Both the position numbers and the translations under genes were made by a program. The notes below the pieces were generated by a model. That model did not search any database. It had not been told where the DNA came from and saw nothing but the letters and a program-made list of their open reading frames with translations. A stretch of 64,000 bases of DNA from Proteromonas lacertae (Eukaryota): contig NGBS01001169.1 of assembly GCA_002245135.1 (NCBI GenBank), positions 62,001-126,000 of the forward strand. Reading direction: 5' to 3'. Below are positions 1 through 12,486 of this stretch, one piece after another. Numbering within the stretch: the stretch's first letter is position 1; each line of letters begins with the position of its first letter.

Positions 1-787
1 TTCAATATCATTGGATTATGTAACAATAACTTTTTCAATTTCAATATATCTTCACTCAAAGTTGCAGACATTAAAACTGATTGACAATTTGGAGGTAAAC
101 CTTTAATTAAATAATTCACATCATCTTCATAACCATAAGTAAGAACTAAATCAGCTTCATCAATGACTAGAGTATTGATTTCTTCTGCTTTTAGATTTAA
201 ATATCCATTTTTCATAGCATCAACTAATTTCTTTGGTGTTGATATGATTATTGTTGGTTTTGATTTTAATTTGGTCATTTCTATTTTTTTATCTTCACTG
301 AGTAATGATGAAACGGTAATATTTTCATTTCCACTCAGTAATACTTCTATAGCTTTATATACTTGATCAACTAATTCGAACGATGGAACAAGTATTATCA
401 CTCTGATGGCCTTTTCTAAAATAATTATGATATATAAATATATATATTAATATACTTTCGCTATTTAAAAGAAGCAATTTTTGAACAATCGGGATAGAAT
501 ATGCCATTGTTTTCCCTGAACCAGTTCTAGCTCTGACTAATAAATCTTTCCCTTCCAATATAACAGGAATGCATTGATTCTATTGATTTATATTGATAAA
601 AAATGATCTAAATACTTGAACAATAGTTGGTCTGGTGAATCCTGCACGTTTTATTGATTTTAAAAGAGATGCATGCAACCCTATATTATAAGAATGGATA
701 AATAACAATAGAAATACCAAATGTATTACTATCAAAGGTGACATCATCCTCTAACATATGTGTATCACAAGAACCAAAGTCTTCCAT
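1..787 (-). CDS. DDX56: DEAD-box RNA helicase DDX56/DBP9-like, 5' part (3 introns; runs off the window start)
   Basis: Spliced translation gives [20 protein letters not shown] and [19 protein letters not shown] at 787; GTAT..TAG introns keep the frame. Confidence 0.85.
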
Positions 788-942
788 TACAATATACAAC
801 TAAACAGAATGAAAAATTAGTTTATGTAATGTGAATTAGACAAAATGATTTTAGAAAACCGACAAGCTTTCTGCTTGAAATATTTTTCATTCTTGAAGTT
901 TTTTTCACCCTTTTTACATCACTATCAGCATATTAATATATA

Positions 943-2361
943 ATGGGAAAAGAAGAAGAGCTTAAACGACAGGAACAAATAGATAATTTGAAGAAGGAGA
1001 TAGAAGCATACAATCCTTCCATTCCAAGCAAGTTGAATGTATATATACATGTTGTGATTATTCATTTAGGCTGATAAATTGGAGGAGGTCATTACAGATT
1101 TATTAGGTTATGAAAAGAAAGCAAGACTTGTATTTATAGAAGTATATATATTTTTAGTTAATGGAAAATGATATTGGATGTGAATTATGCACAAAAATGT
1201 TTGATATTTGCTTTGAAAAAGGTAACTGGGATAAAATCAATGATTTGCTAATAATACTGTCAAAGAAGCGTCAACAACATCGTAAAGTTATTACATCTTT
1301 CGTTGACCAAACACTGAAATTTGCAGAGAAGTGTCCAACACTAGAAACAAAGATTAAACTAATTGACACAATAAGAACAGTAAGTGAAGGTAAAATTTTC
1401 GTAGAATTGCAACATGCACATGCAACATATAATTTGTGTAAAATATATGAGCAACAAAACGATTTAAACAAAGCAGCTGAGATATTAGATGAGATTCAGG
1501 TAGAAACAATAGGTAGTATGGAATTACGTGAAAAAACAGAAATACTATTAGAGCAAATGAGATTAAGACTTGCAACTGATATTATTCGTGCTAGATTAAT
1601 AATGAGAAAAATTGATTCAAAAACCTTGGAAAAAGAAGAACTTCAAGATTTGAAATTGAAATATTATAATATGTTAATATCATTCGATGCTAGAGAAGAT
1701 GATGTGCCCGATTTAGCTGAGTGTTATTATGCAATTTACAATACACCAATTATTAAGGAAGATGAAAGTAAATGGAAAGATGCTTTAAGACGATATGTGA
1801 TGTTTTTACTACTTACAAACTATGATAATACCAAATCTGATAAAATGCATAGATTACTTGAATTTGAAAAGAAACCATTAGAGAAAACTGAAGATATGTT
1901 GAGTTTATTAAGATTATTCACCACAAATCAATTGATATTTTGGCCTTTAGAAAATGAGAAAGAGATTGTAAATCAAAAAGTATTTACAGATGAAATATAT
2001 GGTGGTAGAGGTAGTGAATGGCTGAAATTATTACAAAAACGTGTAATACAACATGTATAAGAATTATTGATTTTATAATATATAGAATATTCGTATTATT
2101 AGTTTATATTACACTCAAATAAGATATTCAAGATTTATCCAATTACTAGGTTTGAAGGATAATGAAGCTGAAACAGAATTATCAGAAATGGTGTGTGAAA
2201 AAGCAATATATGCAAGAATTAATAGACCTAATGGAATCATAAGCTTCCGTATGAAGAAGACAACTAATGATGTGTTGAATGGATGGTCAGAAAATATAAA
2301 TGAAATCGTTAAAACATTAGAACACACTTATCATCTAATTGAAAAAGAAGAAGTTCATTAA
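943..2361 (+). CDS. RPN5: 26S proteasome lid subunit RPN5/PSMD12 (3 introns)
   Basis: EKKARL, LSKKRQQ, TVSEGKIFVE, QVETIGSM, RVIQHNIRII, YARINRPNGIISF, HLIEKEE. Confidence 0.93.
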
Positions 2362-2640
2362 ATTATTATTCATTCATATTTTTTATAATATATTTTTGTT
2401 TTTCTTACATTTTTAATATAAATAAAATGGAGCTAAAACCTTACCCCCTCAAACGGCAAAGAGTATAATCCAATAAGAATGCGTCACTCAACTATACGTT
2501 TTAGGACTTGTTTGTTAAACAAGGATTTAATTATAACTATACGAATGGCATGAGCATTCAAAAGTATATAATTCCTATTTAAATGTAATTAATTCGAGGC
2601 TTCATTTTCATTTAATAGGGGAATTTAATCATCTTCATTT

Positions 2641-2757
2641 GTATGTTTTTTTATAGCTTATATACTGGTTGTCTTGCATTTATTTTCATATCAACTATCT
2701 TTTTATGATTTATTCTAACTATATTAACTATTATTTCATTATTTTATACTTGATTAG
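2641..2757 (+). other. Probable 117-nt 5'UTR intron of EF-1alpha
   Basis: Starts GTATGT, is T-rich and ends TTAG 6 nt before the ATG at 2764. Confidence 0.55.
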
Positions 2758-2763
2758 ATCGCA

Positions 2764-4077
2764 ATGCCAAAAGAAAAGGAACATATCAACTTAGTCGTCA
2801 TTGGACACGTCGATGCTGGTAAATCAACAACCACAGGACATTTAATTTACAAGTGTGGTGGTATTAACAAAAGAACCATCGAAAAGTACGAAAAAGAAGC
2901 TGCTGAAGGTGGTAAAGGTTCATTCAAATACGCTTGGGTTATGGATAAATTAAAGGCTGAGAGAGAAAGAGGTATTACCATTGATATTGCCTTATGGAAG
3001 TTCCAAACCGAGAAATACTACTTCACCATCATTGATGCCCCAGGACATAGAGATTTCATCAAGAACATGATTACTGGTACATCTCAAGCTGATGTTGCTA
3101 TCTTAGTTATTGCCTCAGGTGTAGGTGAATTCGAAGCTGGTTTCGGAAAGAACGGACAAACCAGAGAACATGCTTTATTAGCATACACATTAGGTGTAAG
3201 ACAAATGATCTGCTGTGTAAACAAGATGGATGATCCTCAAGTCAACTTCTCAGAAAAGAGATTCAAGGAAATCGAAGAAGAAATGAAGAGATATTTAGCT
3301 AAAGTAGGTTACAAGCCAGATACTATTCCATTTGTACCAATCTCAGGATGGAACGGAGATAATATGTTAGAAAAATCACCAAACACACCATGGTACAATG
3401 GACCAAGTTTGATTCAATTATTAGATGCTGTAAAACCACCAAGAAGACCAGTAGATAAGCCATTACGTTTACCATTACAAGATGTATACAAGATTGGAGG
3501 TATTGGTACTGTTCCAGTTGGAAGAGTTGAATCAGGTGTATTAAAACCAGGTGTTACTGTATTATTCGCCCCAGTAGGTTTAACCTCTGAAGTTAAATCA
3601 GTTGAAATGCATCATGAAGCTTTAACAGAAGCTAAACCAGGTGATAATGTAGGTTTCAACGTTAAATCATTATCAGTTAAAGATATTAAGAGAGGTTACG
3701 TTGCTGGTGAATTAAAGAATGATCCACCACAAAAATCTCTTAAATTCACTGCTCAAGTCATTGTCATGAATCACCCAGGTGAAATCAGAGTTGGATACAC
3801 CCCAGTATTGGATTGTCACACTGCTCATATTGCCTGTAAATTCACTGAATTACACAACAAAGTAGATAAGAGAACAGGTAAGATGACCGAAACTGATCCA
3901 ACAAGTGTTAAGAACGGTGATACTTGTGATGTTGTATTAGTTCCATCAAAGACAATGTGTGTAGAATGTTATAAAGAATACCCACCATTAGGAAGATTCG
4001 CTGTAAGAGATATGAGACAAACCGTTGCTGTTGGTGTCATTAAGTCTGTTGAAAAAGGTACATACGATAAGAAGTAA
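2764..4077 (+). CDS. EEF1A: Translation elongation factor 1-alpha (no introns in CDS)
   Basis: [45 protein letters not shown]; strong codon bias. Confidence 0.99.
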   Translation: MPKEKEHINLVVIGHVDAGKSTTTGHLIYKCGGINKRTIEKYEKEAAEGGKGSFKYAWVMDKLKAERERGITIDIALWKFQTEKYYFTIIDAPGHRDFIKNMITGTSQADVAILVIASGVGEFEAGFGKNGQTREHALLAYTLGVRQMICCVNKMDDPQVNFSEKRFKEIEEEMKRYLAKVGYKPDTIPFVPISGWNGDNMLEKSPNTPWYNGPSLIQLLDAVKPPRRPVDKPLRLPLQDVYKIGGIGTVPVGRVESGVLKPGVTVLFAPVGLTSEVKSVEMHHEALTEAKPGDNVGFNVKSLSVKDIKRGYVAGELKNDPPQKSLKFTAQVIVMNHPGEIRVGYTPVLDCHTAHIACKFTELHNKVDKRTGKMTETDPTSVKNGDTCDVVLVPSKTMCVECYKEYPPLGRFAVRDMRQTVAVGVIKSVEKGTYDKK

Positions 4078-4289
4078 AAGGCTTTTCTCTTCTTTTTTAT
4101 TCTTAATTCCCCCATTTTCATAAAAATATGTTGTGTTTTGGGATTATTATAAATGAAATTTATTGATTAAAATTTATTTTGATTTGAGATTTGATCAAAT
4201 CTGAAGCAAACCCAAAAAAGTCGTTTTGCTTTTTTATTTTTCTCATTTTCTTCTTACAGAATTGATTAAATAAATTAGAAACTTCGATT

Positions 4290-5467
4290 ATGTTTAGTAA
4301 ATCACAGAAGAAAATCTGTGGACTTCATAATTATGGACCTGATGAAAAGTATGTTGGGAAAAAGCAACCTCATAAACCAAGACAACCTGTATTAATTAGG
4401 GTTTTATTTATATTTATAGTTTGTACCAGATTATACTGATTTAGAAAATACTTTAGGTATTATTAATTAATTTTATCATTATTTTAATTATTTAGAAAAG
4501 AAAAAATTAACAGAAACTACTAGAGAATCCTTAAAACATATGAAACAATCACAAAAGTTTATGGATTCCTATTCAACATTTCGACCTCAAACAGTTTCTA
4601 CTCGATCAACATCACCAGCCAGTTCATTTGGGTATGGAGATAGAATAGCATTCAACCATACTAAATCTACATATGTTGTGACTAAAGAATTACTAGAACA
4701 TCAGCAAGGTGTTGGATCTCCTGGTCCTATCTATGATACACATCGTGAACCAGGTTTTAACCAACTCTCTTATTCATTTGGAGGATGCACATGAATATAT
4801 GGGTCCAATTCCCAAAGATTATTCTCGATTCTTAGATGTGGATGAAAAACTCTATCCATCGCCTGGTGCTTTTGAGAAACAAGTAAATTCAATGAATAGA
4901 ACATCTTCAGCTATAGCTTTCCCTAAATCAACAAGAGAGAAGAAACATAAACAATATGAAAGAATTTGGATGAAAGATAATATGGGTTATGGTCCAAATA
5001 GTGATAATTATAATCCTTATCCAACTATTGGATCTCAGAATCCTATTTATCCTTATCATGGTAATATATCAATACAACCAGATAAAGGAGTTCATGTTCC
5101 TCGTATTAATAATGCTGATATGTGTTCTTATGAAGTATTACCAGGAATGGGAAGTAAGACTTGTCTTTCTACTCAAATGACAAATCCATCAGTAATTATA
5201 TCTGAATTACCAAGACCAGGACCTGAGATTCCACATATGTTAGAGACACCTGGAATGAATAAGTATCGTCCAGAAGATGATACAAATACAATACATAGAG
5301 TATTACCTCGTGCGACAATGGATAATGCTCCAAGAGATAAATCTGAATTAAAGTATGAAGTTCATGCTGATCATGAAAGAAGTCATAAATTAGGTGTTAG
5401 ATATTATGATGTAATGAAAAATACTCAAAGCCAGCCTAAGCCTTTGAAAGAAAGATTTGTTGAATAA
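4290..5467 (+). CDS. SHIPPO/ODF3-like PGP-repeat protein (2 introns; +1 frame break near 4790)
   Basis: Repeats SPGPIYD..YSFG, PSPGAF and ETPGMNKY. Exons from ATG 4290 splice into ORF 4540; the downstream half is in the +1 frame. Confidence 0.5.
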
Positions 5468-5579
5468 GGAATTTATGAAATAGTAATGTAATTATTGAAG
5501 AAAATGTAAATTATAATATTATATATATAATTTTAACTGTAATAATAAATGTTTCTTTTTAATTATACAACAATTATTG

Positions 5580-5765
5580 AAGTATTTGATAATTATTTCT
5601 TTAGCATTCTGAATTCCATCTTTTTAAATAACTTGTATAAATGAAAATGTTTGCAGAAATGTATTTAATTCTTTTTTATCAATAATTTCTTTTACTGTTA
5701 TGAATAATTCATATTCATAATCAAAAACTTTCATATTCTTTTCCATTAATCTCAAATCTCTTTCA
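5580..5765 (-). pseudogene. Decayed fragment homologous to the tail of the pseudokinase locus at 18.2 kb
   Basis: ERDLRLMEKNMKVFDYEYELFITVKEIIDKKELNTFLQTFSFIQVI*KDGI aligns by eye with ERELRLMKK/NKEIFDYLEELSITVKEGIDKLQLNSFLETF*SIGILKLNGI at 18164-18350. Confidence 0.7.
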
Positions 5766-6195
5766 ATATTTATTTAAATAATGATCGATGTTTGATTGGA
5801 TTGATTTAATTTCATTATTCTAAACAGATAATTCATTCATTCTTCATAATTGTAAAGAATTTGAAAATTTCAATTTAATTTTTATCCAACCATCTCTTTT
5901 ATATATGTTCATCATCAATAATATTTCTCAAATATATTATTCATTTTTTTATTTTCTATATTTTTATACAGTTCATTTTCAATTTCATTTTCATTATTCT
6001 TTCAATATTTCCATTATTCTGTTTGATCGGTACTTTATCTCTCTTATATATTCACAATTAATCAAGTTGTTGGCTTCTAAATCATAATATTAATAAATAG
6101 ATCTTACATTTGATATTTTACTCTTCAAGCATCTTTCTATTTTATCATTTTTTTAAAAATCAAACCTAAAATCAAGCCTTCCGTTATTTAAAAGA

Positions 6196-7936
6196 ATGGA
6201 AGAAAATAAAGCAAATGAAGAATTAAACGAATTAAAAGATAATGTATCTACAAGAGAAGATAAAAATGAGGATGAAGAAGGATGTTTTATAGTAAATGTT
6301 CATATTCTCGATCGAGTTATGCCAATATGTGTTGGGAAAGGTACTCAATCATTTAAATGGCTCGCTTTAAATGCTACCGAAAGATGTAGACAACAAGTAT
6401 AAAATTTATGTTTTTATTTAAACTTTAGCAAGGAATGAATGGTCGTATGAGACATCGTGAGCCATATTATACAAAACCAGGAAAATATCTACCAGAAATG
6501 GTTGATACATCAGAAACTCCAGATGAGTTAACTGAGCCAATAAGTCCTAGAACTATAATAAAAGATGTATTAAAACCGGATGATCATATTTGGATTACTC
6601 CAGGAATGGATGTTGTATTAATTATCTTAATTTTCTTCCATAGAAACTAAATAAAATAGGTTATGTAGTAGAAAGCCGTTGGAAAGACCATGCATTTAGA
6701 CAATCTGAATTCAGTGTGGAAGAAAGAAAAGAAGCTGATGAAAAATTCAAGGCAGAATTAGAGTATTAATATATATATATATTTATATATAAATAGAGCT
6801 AAAAGAAAATCAAAAGAAGAAGAAGAGAATCTAAAATTAGAAAAAATAAAGAAAGAGTATATATATATATATATTATATATTTTTAAAATTAGAGCTGAA
6901 AAAGTGAGAACATTATTATACCCCGATATGTTAAAGACAAGAATGCCATTCTTTTCATATGACTGGTCTAATGTAAGAACCAGTATACGAATGGATGAAC
7001 AGCAAGATACTAGAGCTTATTTAGAAAGATCTTATCCAAGAATTACTGCTTTGTTTTACATGTACAGTAAAGAGTATAATAATAATAATAATAAACTGAT
7101 ATAATAAAATAGAAGTTATGATGGTCAGACTGGTCGAAAACACACTGTAATGACATATGATCAATTTTGTAAAGTATAATATATAATATATAATATATAA
7201 TATATATAGTTTGTTGGAGATTGTAATATTTGCGAAGTAGAAAAAGAAAAAGTCATTTTAAACACTTCCTTTTATGGTCAATTAGTCAATAATCCATCAA
7301 CAACAACAGTATTAGAAAGAGGTGATTTTATACAAGCATTATTGAGACTATCAACATTTAAAGGTAAAGCTCCTGGTCAGCCAAAAGGACCGCTATGTGA
7401 GATGTTAATATATATGATGAATACATTTATTGATCCATATCTTAACAATTGTGAAAAAACTAAACTATGCGTTGCATTTTTCACAAATGAATTATTTAAT
7501 GTATTTTCAAAGTATATTACTGAATTGAGAACTATTTTTAATACAAATTCACCCACTGGTAGAATGGAATTTACCAATTTTCTTGATTTAATAAAGAATT
7601 CTAACATTGTTCGTATATATTCTATATGAATTATATGAATTTCATTTTGTATAGCAAGTTCTTTTGATTTAAAGAATATTTTAGATTGGGAGAATTTTAG
7701 AAATGATATGAGAGATATATTTTCTAGTACTTTTGAACATGATGATCCTCATCTTAATAATGGAGATCCAATTGAGAAGACAATGTCATTACCTGAATTT
7801 TTAGAGGGTTTATTGAAAGCTGGAGTTAAAAAACATGGACAGAAAATGAAGAATCTGTATTATTTTTTCTAATATATTATATAGATGTGATATATGTGAA
7901 AAAACTTGTACTGAATTGATAGATGCAGCTTATTAA
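6196..7936 (+). CDS. Uncharacterised protein with EF-hand-like helical C-terminal part (8 introns)
   Basis: Eight GTAT..AG introns join the exons into one frame (VHILDRVMPICVGKGTQSFKWLA; MTYDQFCKFVGDCNI; MSLPEFLEGLLK) ending TAA at 7934-7936. Confidence 0.75.
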
Positions 7937-8051
7937 TTAATGTGTTTATAAAATAATAATCTATTTCCTTTTATTTAATAATTTATTTTGTTATAAAATT
8001 AATAGTCGTTATAAATAATTGTTTTTTTAAATTTTGTTAATTTCTCTCGAT

Positions 8052-8982
8052 ATGCTTAGTATTACAGTAAGAAAGTATTTAAATTTATTTTAAATACATC
8101 AATAGATTAAATAAATCAATATTAAAAAGAACTTTATTCGTCTTTAGCAATGAAACAGCAGATCCTCATATTAAAGAGTTTTATACAGAACCAAGATATT
8201 CTATTTTACCCAAAAATATGGGATCATCAATAGTATGGAATAAATATAATCATTATAGACATTTGATGATTTAAGTAAAGCTAGAAACTCTTTATTTGCA
8301 ACAGAACTACTTAGAATGCCATTTTTTAAAGCTGTAACATTGAAGAATGAATCAGTTCTAGTAAAGAAGGCAATTTCTTACAATTGGGCTGGTTTAAATA
8401 TGTATGTTAATACATCAATATTGAAAATATCATTTAAAATATTCATATAAATAATTTCTTTAACTTTATCTACTATTTAACTCCAAGTAACAGTTTGAAA
8501 TTCATTAGTAATATTCAATTGAGTGATCCAAACGAAATAAAAGCAGAAGATTCAGCAGTTGTAAGACAAATCAAAGATGTGATAATAAAATATCCTTCTT
8601 ATTTTTAAATATATCTCTCTATTTTTCTTTAACATTATTCAATCGAATTAGACCAATATTGAAGGAAGATGGAGGAGATATATTCTTTGATAATTATAAT
8701 GAAGAAGGAAATCACCTAACAATTGAATTAGGAGGATCATGTGTTGGTTGTAGTGATTCTTCAAACACAATGAACACAATTGTTCGAAGAATGATTAAAT
8801 ATTATGTTCCAGAGGTTGGTACTATAAGTAATGTTGAATCAACAGTAATGAAGAAATTAAGTGATAATAGTGATGGAGTTATAATGGATCAAACTAAACA
8901 ATTTGAACATGATACACTTGAAAACATACGAAACAGTATAAATGAGAACAAATTCGTTGGATTTAACAAAAGAAGAAGATAA
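8052..8982 (+). CDS. NFU1: NFU1-type Fe-S cluster carrier (2 U2-type plus 2 U12-type introns)
   Basis: Basic N-terminal presequence-like start, Nfu_N-like region, IKDVIINRIRPILKEDGGD and GSCVGC (CxxC). The frame is continuous only if the AT-starting introns are removed. Confidence 0.88.
8427..8473 (+). other. U12-type AT-AC intron (47 nt) in NFU1
   Basis: 5' ATATCATTT, branch site TTTCTTTAAC (8455-8464), 3' TCTAC. Removal gives SILK|YLTPS in frame. Confidence 0.85.
8590..8642 (+). other. U12-type intron (53 nt) in NFU1, probably AT-AA
   Basis: 5' ATATCCTTC, branch site TTTCTTTAAC ending at 8633, then 9 nt to ..TTCAA|. Removal gives IKDVIINRIRP, matching NFU1 IKELLDTRIRP spacing. Confidence 0.75.
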
Positions 8983-9037
8983 AAAAATAATAAGACTTAT
9001 ATATATATATATATATTTATATGTTGATTAGAAAAAA

Positions 9038-9972
9038 TTACATGTTGTACATCATGCCAAAAATTAATAACGCTTCAGCAGCACTTACACCAAATATAAA
9101 ATATTTCAATAACATAGTTTGTTTTTCTGTTCCTCTTATCAATACTCCTTTGATACTTTTCATCTATTCATAGTGTTATAAAATTTGATATATATATATA
9201 CGAAAAAGAAAAAATAAGCAACAGTACAATATATCATAGCAACATCGTACAAAATAGATGGAAGAAAATTCTTAACTATTCCAAGTAGACATAAATGAAT
9301 GTTTTTATAGGAAACTAATGCAATAATATCGATAATTCCGATATTAGGATAACCTAATCCATATGATACCATTTTTAAAATGAATATTTCAAGCACCAAT
9401 AACGCAACATCATTTTCACAATATTGAATTATACTATCAGGGTTGAATTTTCCGTTTAATCCTGATAAATAGCTCAGTAATAATATATAAGAAAAAATAG
9501 ACATTAAAGGTATGTATAAATCAGGAGAATTAATATCATTGATTGGAGGAGATGCAGTCTAATGAATATACTTAGAATAAATACTCTATCTTCTGATTCT
9601 ATATTCACAGAACTCATTCGTCTTTCATAAGTATCATGCTTAAAGGGAAATAATAATCTCTATGATAACACGATAAATTATTCTTTTGATACTTTTAATT
9701 TTGCTAATACGTATGCATTATCAACATAGAAGTAGAATTTTAGATTGTTCCACAAATCATGCAAAAAAGGAATATAGCTTTCCACTTTAGTTTTAGCTGC
9801 ATTAACTCCTGTCTTAAGAGCTTCATTTCTATACATTTTAATAGGCGAAATAATTATACTGATCGATATTATTTACATCTATTTGTGATAAATAACTAGC
9901 TGCCATTTGTCCCATAGGCCCGAGTTGTTGAGGATTAAAAAAACGTGGATGAGCTCCTTCGTTGTTTGACAT
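9038..9972 (-). CDS. YIF1: YIF1 family ER-Golgi membrane protein (4 introns)
   Basis: LKFYFYVDNAYVLAKLKRLLFPF and PPINDINSPDLYIPLMSIFSYILL; C-terminal TM segments. Confidence 0.9.
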
Positions 9973-10101
9973 TTTTTAAAAATGTGATTGAAAAACAAAC
10001 TTAAAGCTTGACAAATAAAGCTTGAAAATCCATTTTGGATATGTTCATTTTTTCCAACGAAATAGACATTCTATAGACTAATTTATAATAGTAATAAATT
10101 A

Positions 10102-11212
10102 ATGGATGACTTAGGTCTCGATGATTTTGATCCTGACGCTCCTCTTGAAGATTACGACGATGAGTATATTAACACAAGTATTAAATGTTATATAGGGAGG
10201 AAGAAGAAGATGATGACCAACCAAGATGTAGAGCAAGGTCGAAAAGCTTTGATAGTCGTGATGAAGATATTGAAGAAGGAAGAAAAGAATTAATAGTATA
10301 AGTTTATTAAAATAAATTATTATAGAAAGCAAAGAATATATATTTAGCAAAACATGCACATAACCTAATAAATGATCTGAGTAGTCTAGAACAAAAGGAT
10401 ATGCCAATCAATTTAGAACTAGAAGAAATGGAAGCAGAACGTAGACTACTACAGGAAGAAAAAAGGCTGCTGACTACAGCAAGTAGTAAATTAACAAACA
10501 ATTCTGAAACTGTGAAAACTAGAAGGAGAAGTTCAAGTTATTGTACTCTTAGCCCTTTACCATATGATTATTTATGCAAAATACTAATACTTGGGGATGT
10601 AGGAGTAGGAAAAACATCAATATTATTGAAATATATAAATGGCATATTTTATGACAGTTTATTATCTACGAATGGGGTTGATTTTGATACTAAAATGCTT
10701 AATGAATATGGACATGCAATAAAATTGGAGATTTGGGATACATCTGGAAAAAAAGAATTTCATAATATCACGAAGGGGTTATATAAAGGAGCAAATGGAA
10801 TATTAATTGTATATGATGTATCTAATCGAAACTCATTTGAAAGTATACATAATTTGAAAATTTATAAATTACTTAAATATAGATTTAAATTATTGGATGG
10901 AAAATATAAAAAGTAATGCAAAACAGAATGCACATGTAATTGTCGTTGGAAATAAAAGTGATATAAAAGAAAGACAAGTTAGTGTTGCTGAAGGTAAAAA
11001 TTTGTGTAAACCATATAATGTTTCTTACTATGACATAAGTACTAAACGAAACAGCAATTTGAATAGTATTTTTTTGGAATTTACAGAAAATATTTTGATT
11101 GAACAATTCAATGTGTATATTATATATTTATTGTGTATATTCTTTAACTAGAGTTATAGATAAGAAAGATAGGAAGAGCAAGCTGCAGAATAAAAAGTGT
11201 ATTGTTCAATAA
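10102..11212 (+). CDS. Rab-family GTPase with long acidic/coiled-coil N-terminal extension and CaaX (CIVQ); 4 introns
   Basis: YDYLCKILILGDVGVGKT, STNGVDF, IWDTSGKKEF, VGNKSD; spliced C-terminus ..QNKKCIVQ*. Confidence 0.85.
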
Positions 11213-11353
11213 ATCTTATATTTTGTCTGTAATATTAGTTTATCCTATATAAATATTAATTATAATAATAATTATATATTTTCTATAGTATTCTTTTGTG
11301 ATATTCTAATTTATAAATATTTATTCGTTTCAGACAAACTAGTTATTCAAGCT

Positions 11354-12372
11354 ATGATTCTGTTTTTCGAAAAAAGACATATTATCACTTGTGTAGTGGT
11401 GTTTGTGATATATATAGTGTCATGTATTTTAATTATGCTATCGTTTGCATCACTCGAACCTAATCAATACGGTTTGACATTCAATACTTTAACTGCAAAG
11501 ATAGATAAGAGTAGAGTGTATGGTGGAGGGTTATATTTTATCGGAGTTGCTTATAATTTTAGAACATTTTCAGCAGCTGTAAATACAATAGCTTTTGAAG
11601 GAAATGAAGCAATTGATTCTGCTAGCTCAGTATTTTTATGATATTTAGTTATGAATAGGATAAACAAGCATTGTCGTTGAGTGTATCAGTCCAATACAAA
11701 TTAAAAATGGAAAGAATTCCTTCAATATATGAAAGATTCCAGTTTGCATATGAAAATTTCTTCAGAAATGAAATACTTAGTCGAATCAAAGCTGAAGCTT
11801 TGAAATACAGTCCAGAAGCATATTTAAGTGATAGAAAAAGAATAAGTGACAGAATGTCTACAGTTACAAAAGAATTTTTAGACTCAGCCAGGTGCTATTT
11901 TAGTGTATTATAAATTCATTATTTAAATATAATTGTTATTTATTATAGATCATTTGAATTAATGGATATAGGTTTATCTACAATATTTCAAAACAGTGTA
12001 ATAGAGAAGGTAACTACTTCCATTAGAAATGTACAGACAACTAATGAACAAAGAGCAAAGCTTATTCGAAAAGAGAGTGAATTGATCTTGAATAAAACAG
12101 AAAGTGAAATAAACATAATGCTATCAGCAATAGAGAATGAAGGTAAAGTTATTTTACAAGAATCTAAAACAGAGAAATACTTAAAGTTACAAAATGCTAC
12201 AATTACCAGTTTGAGTCAAGTTCAAAAAGAATTATCATTGAGCAATAGGAATTTAATGAGATATAATTGGTTGAGAGACTTGAATAACATTATATATGAT
12301 AAGAAAGTGAAATTATTGAGTGGATTTACAGATTCTGAAGAAACGTTGGAAAATCTAATTACTGCATCATAA
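11354..12372 (+). CDS. SPFH/band-7 (prohibitin/erlin-like) membrane protein (2 introns; frame ambiguity near 11889)
   Basis: N-terminal TM, SLEPNQYGL, YGGGLYFIG, LSLSVSVQYKL and a C-terminal coiled coil. Confidence 0.75.
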
Positions 12373-12486
12373 AACGAATATTAAAATATATTTATAATAA
12401 TTCATTTTTATTTTTTTAATTTGAATTGGGTGTGTGAAAATGTCCCAAAAGTTGTAACACCTTTATTCGTTTTTCATTTTTATTCA

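Noticed and set aside
11114..11152. TTCTTTAAC in the last Rab intron as a U12 branch site
   Set aside because: The donor is ordinary GTATAT and the motif is only 3 nt from the acceptor required for the CaaX frame.
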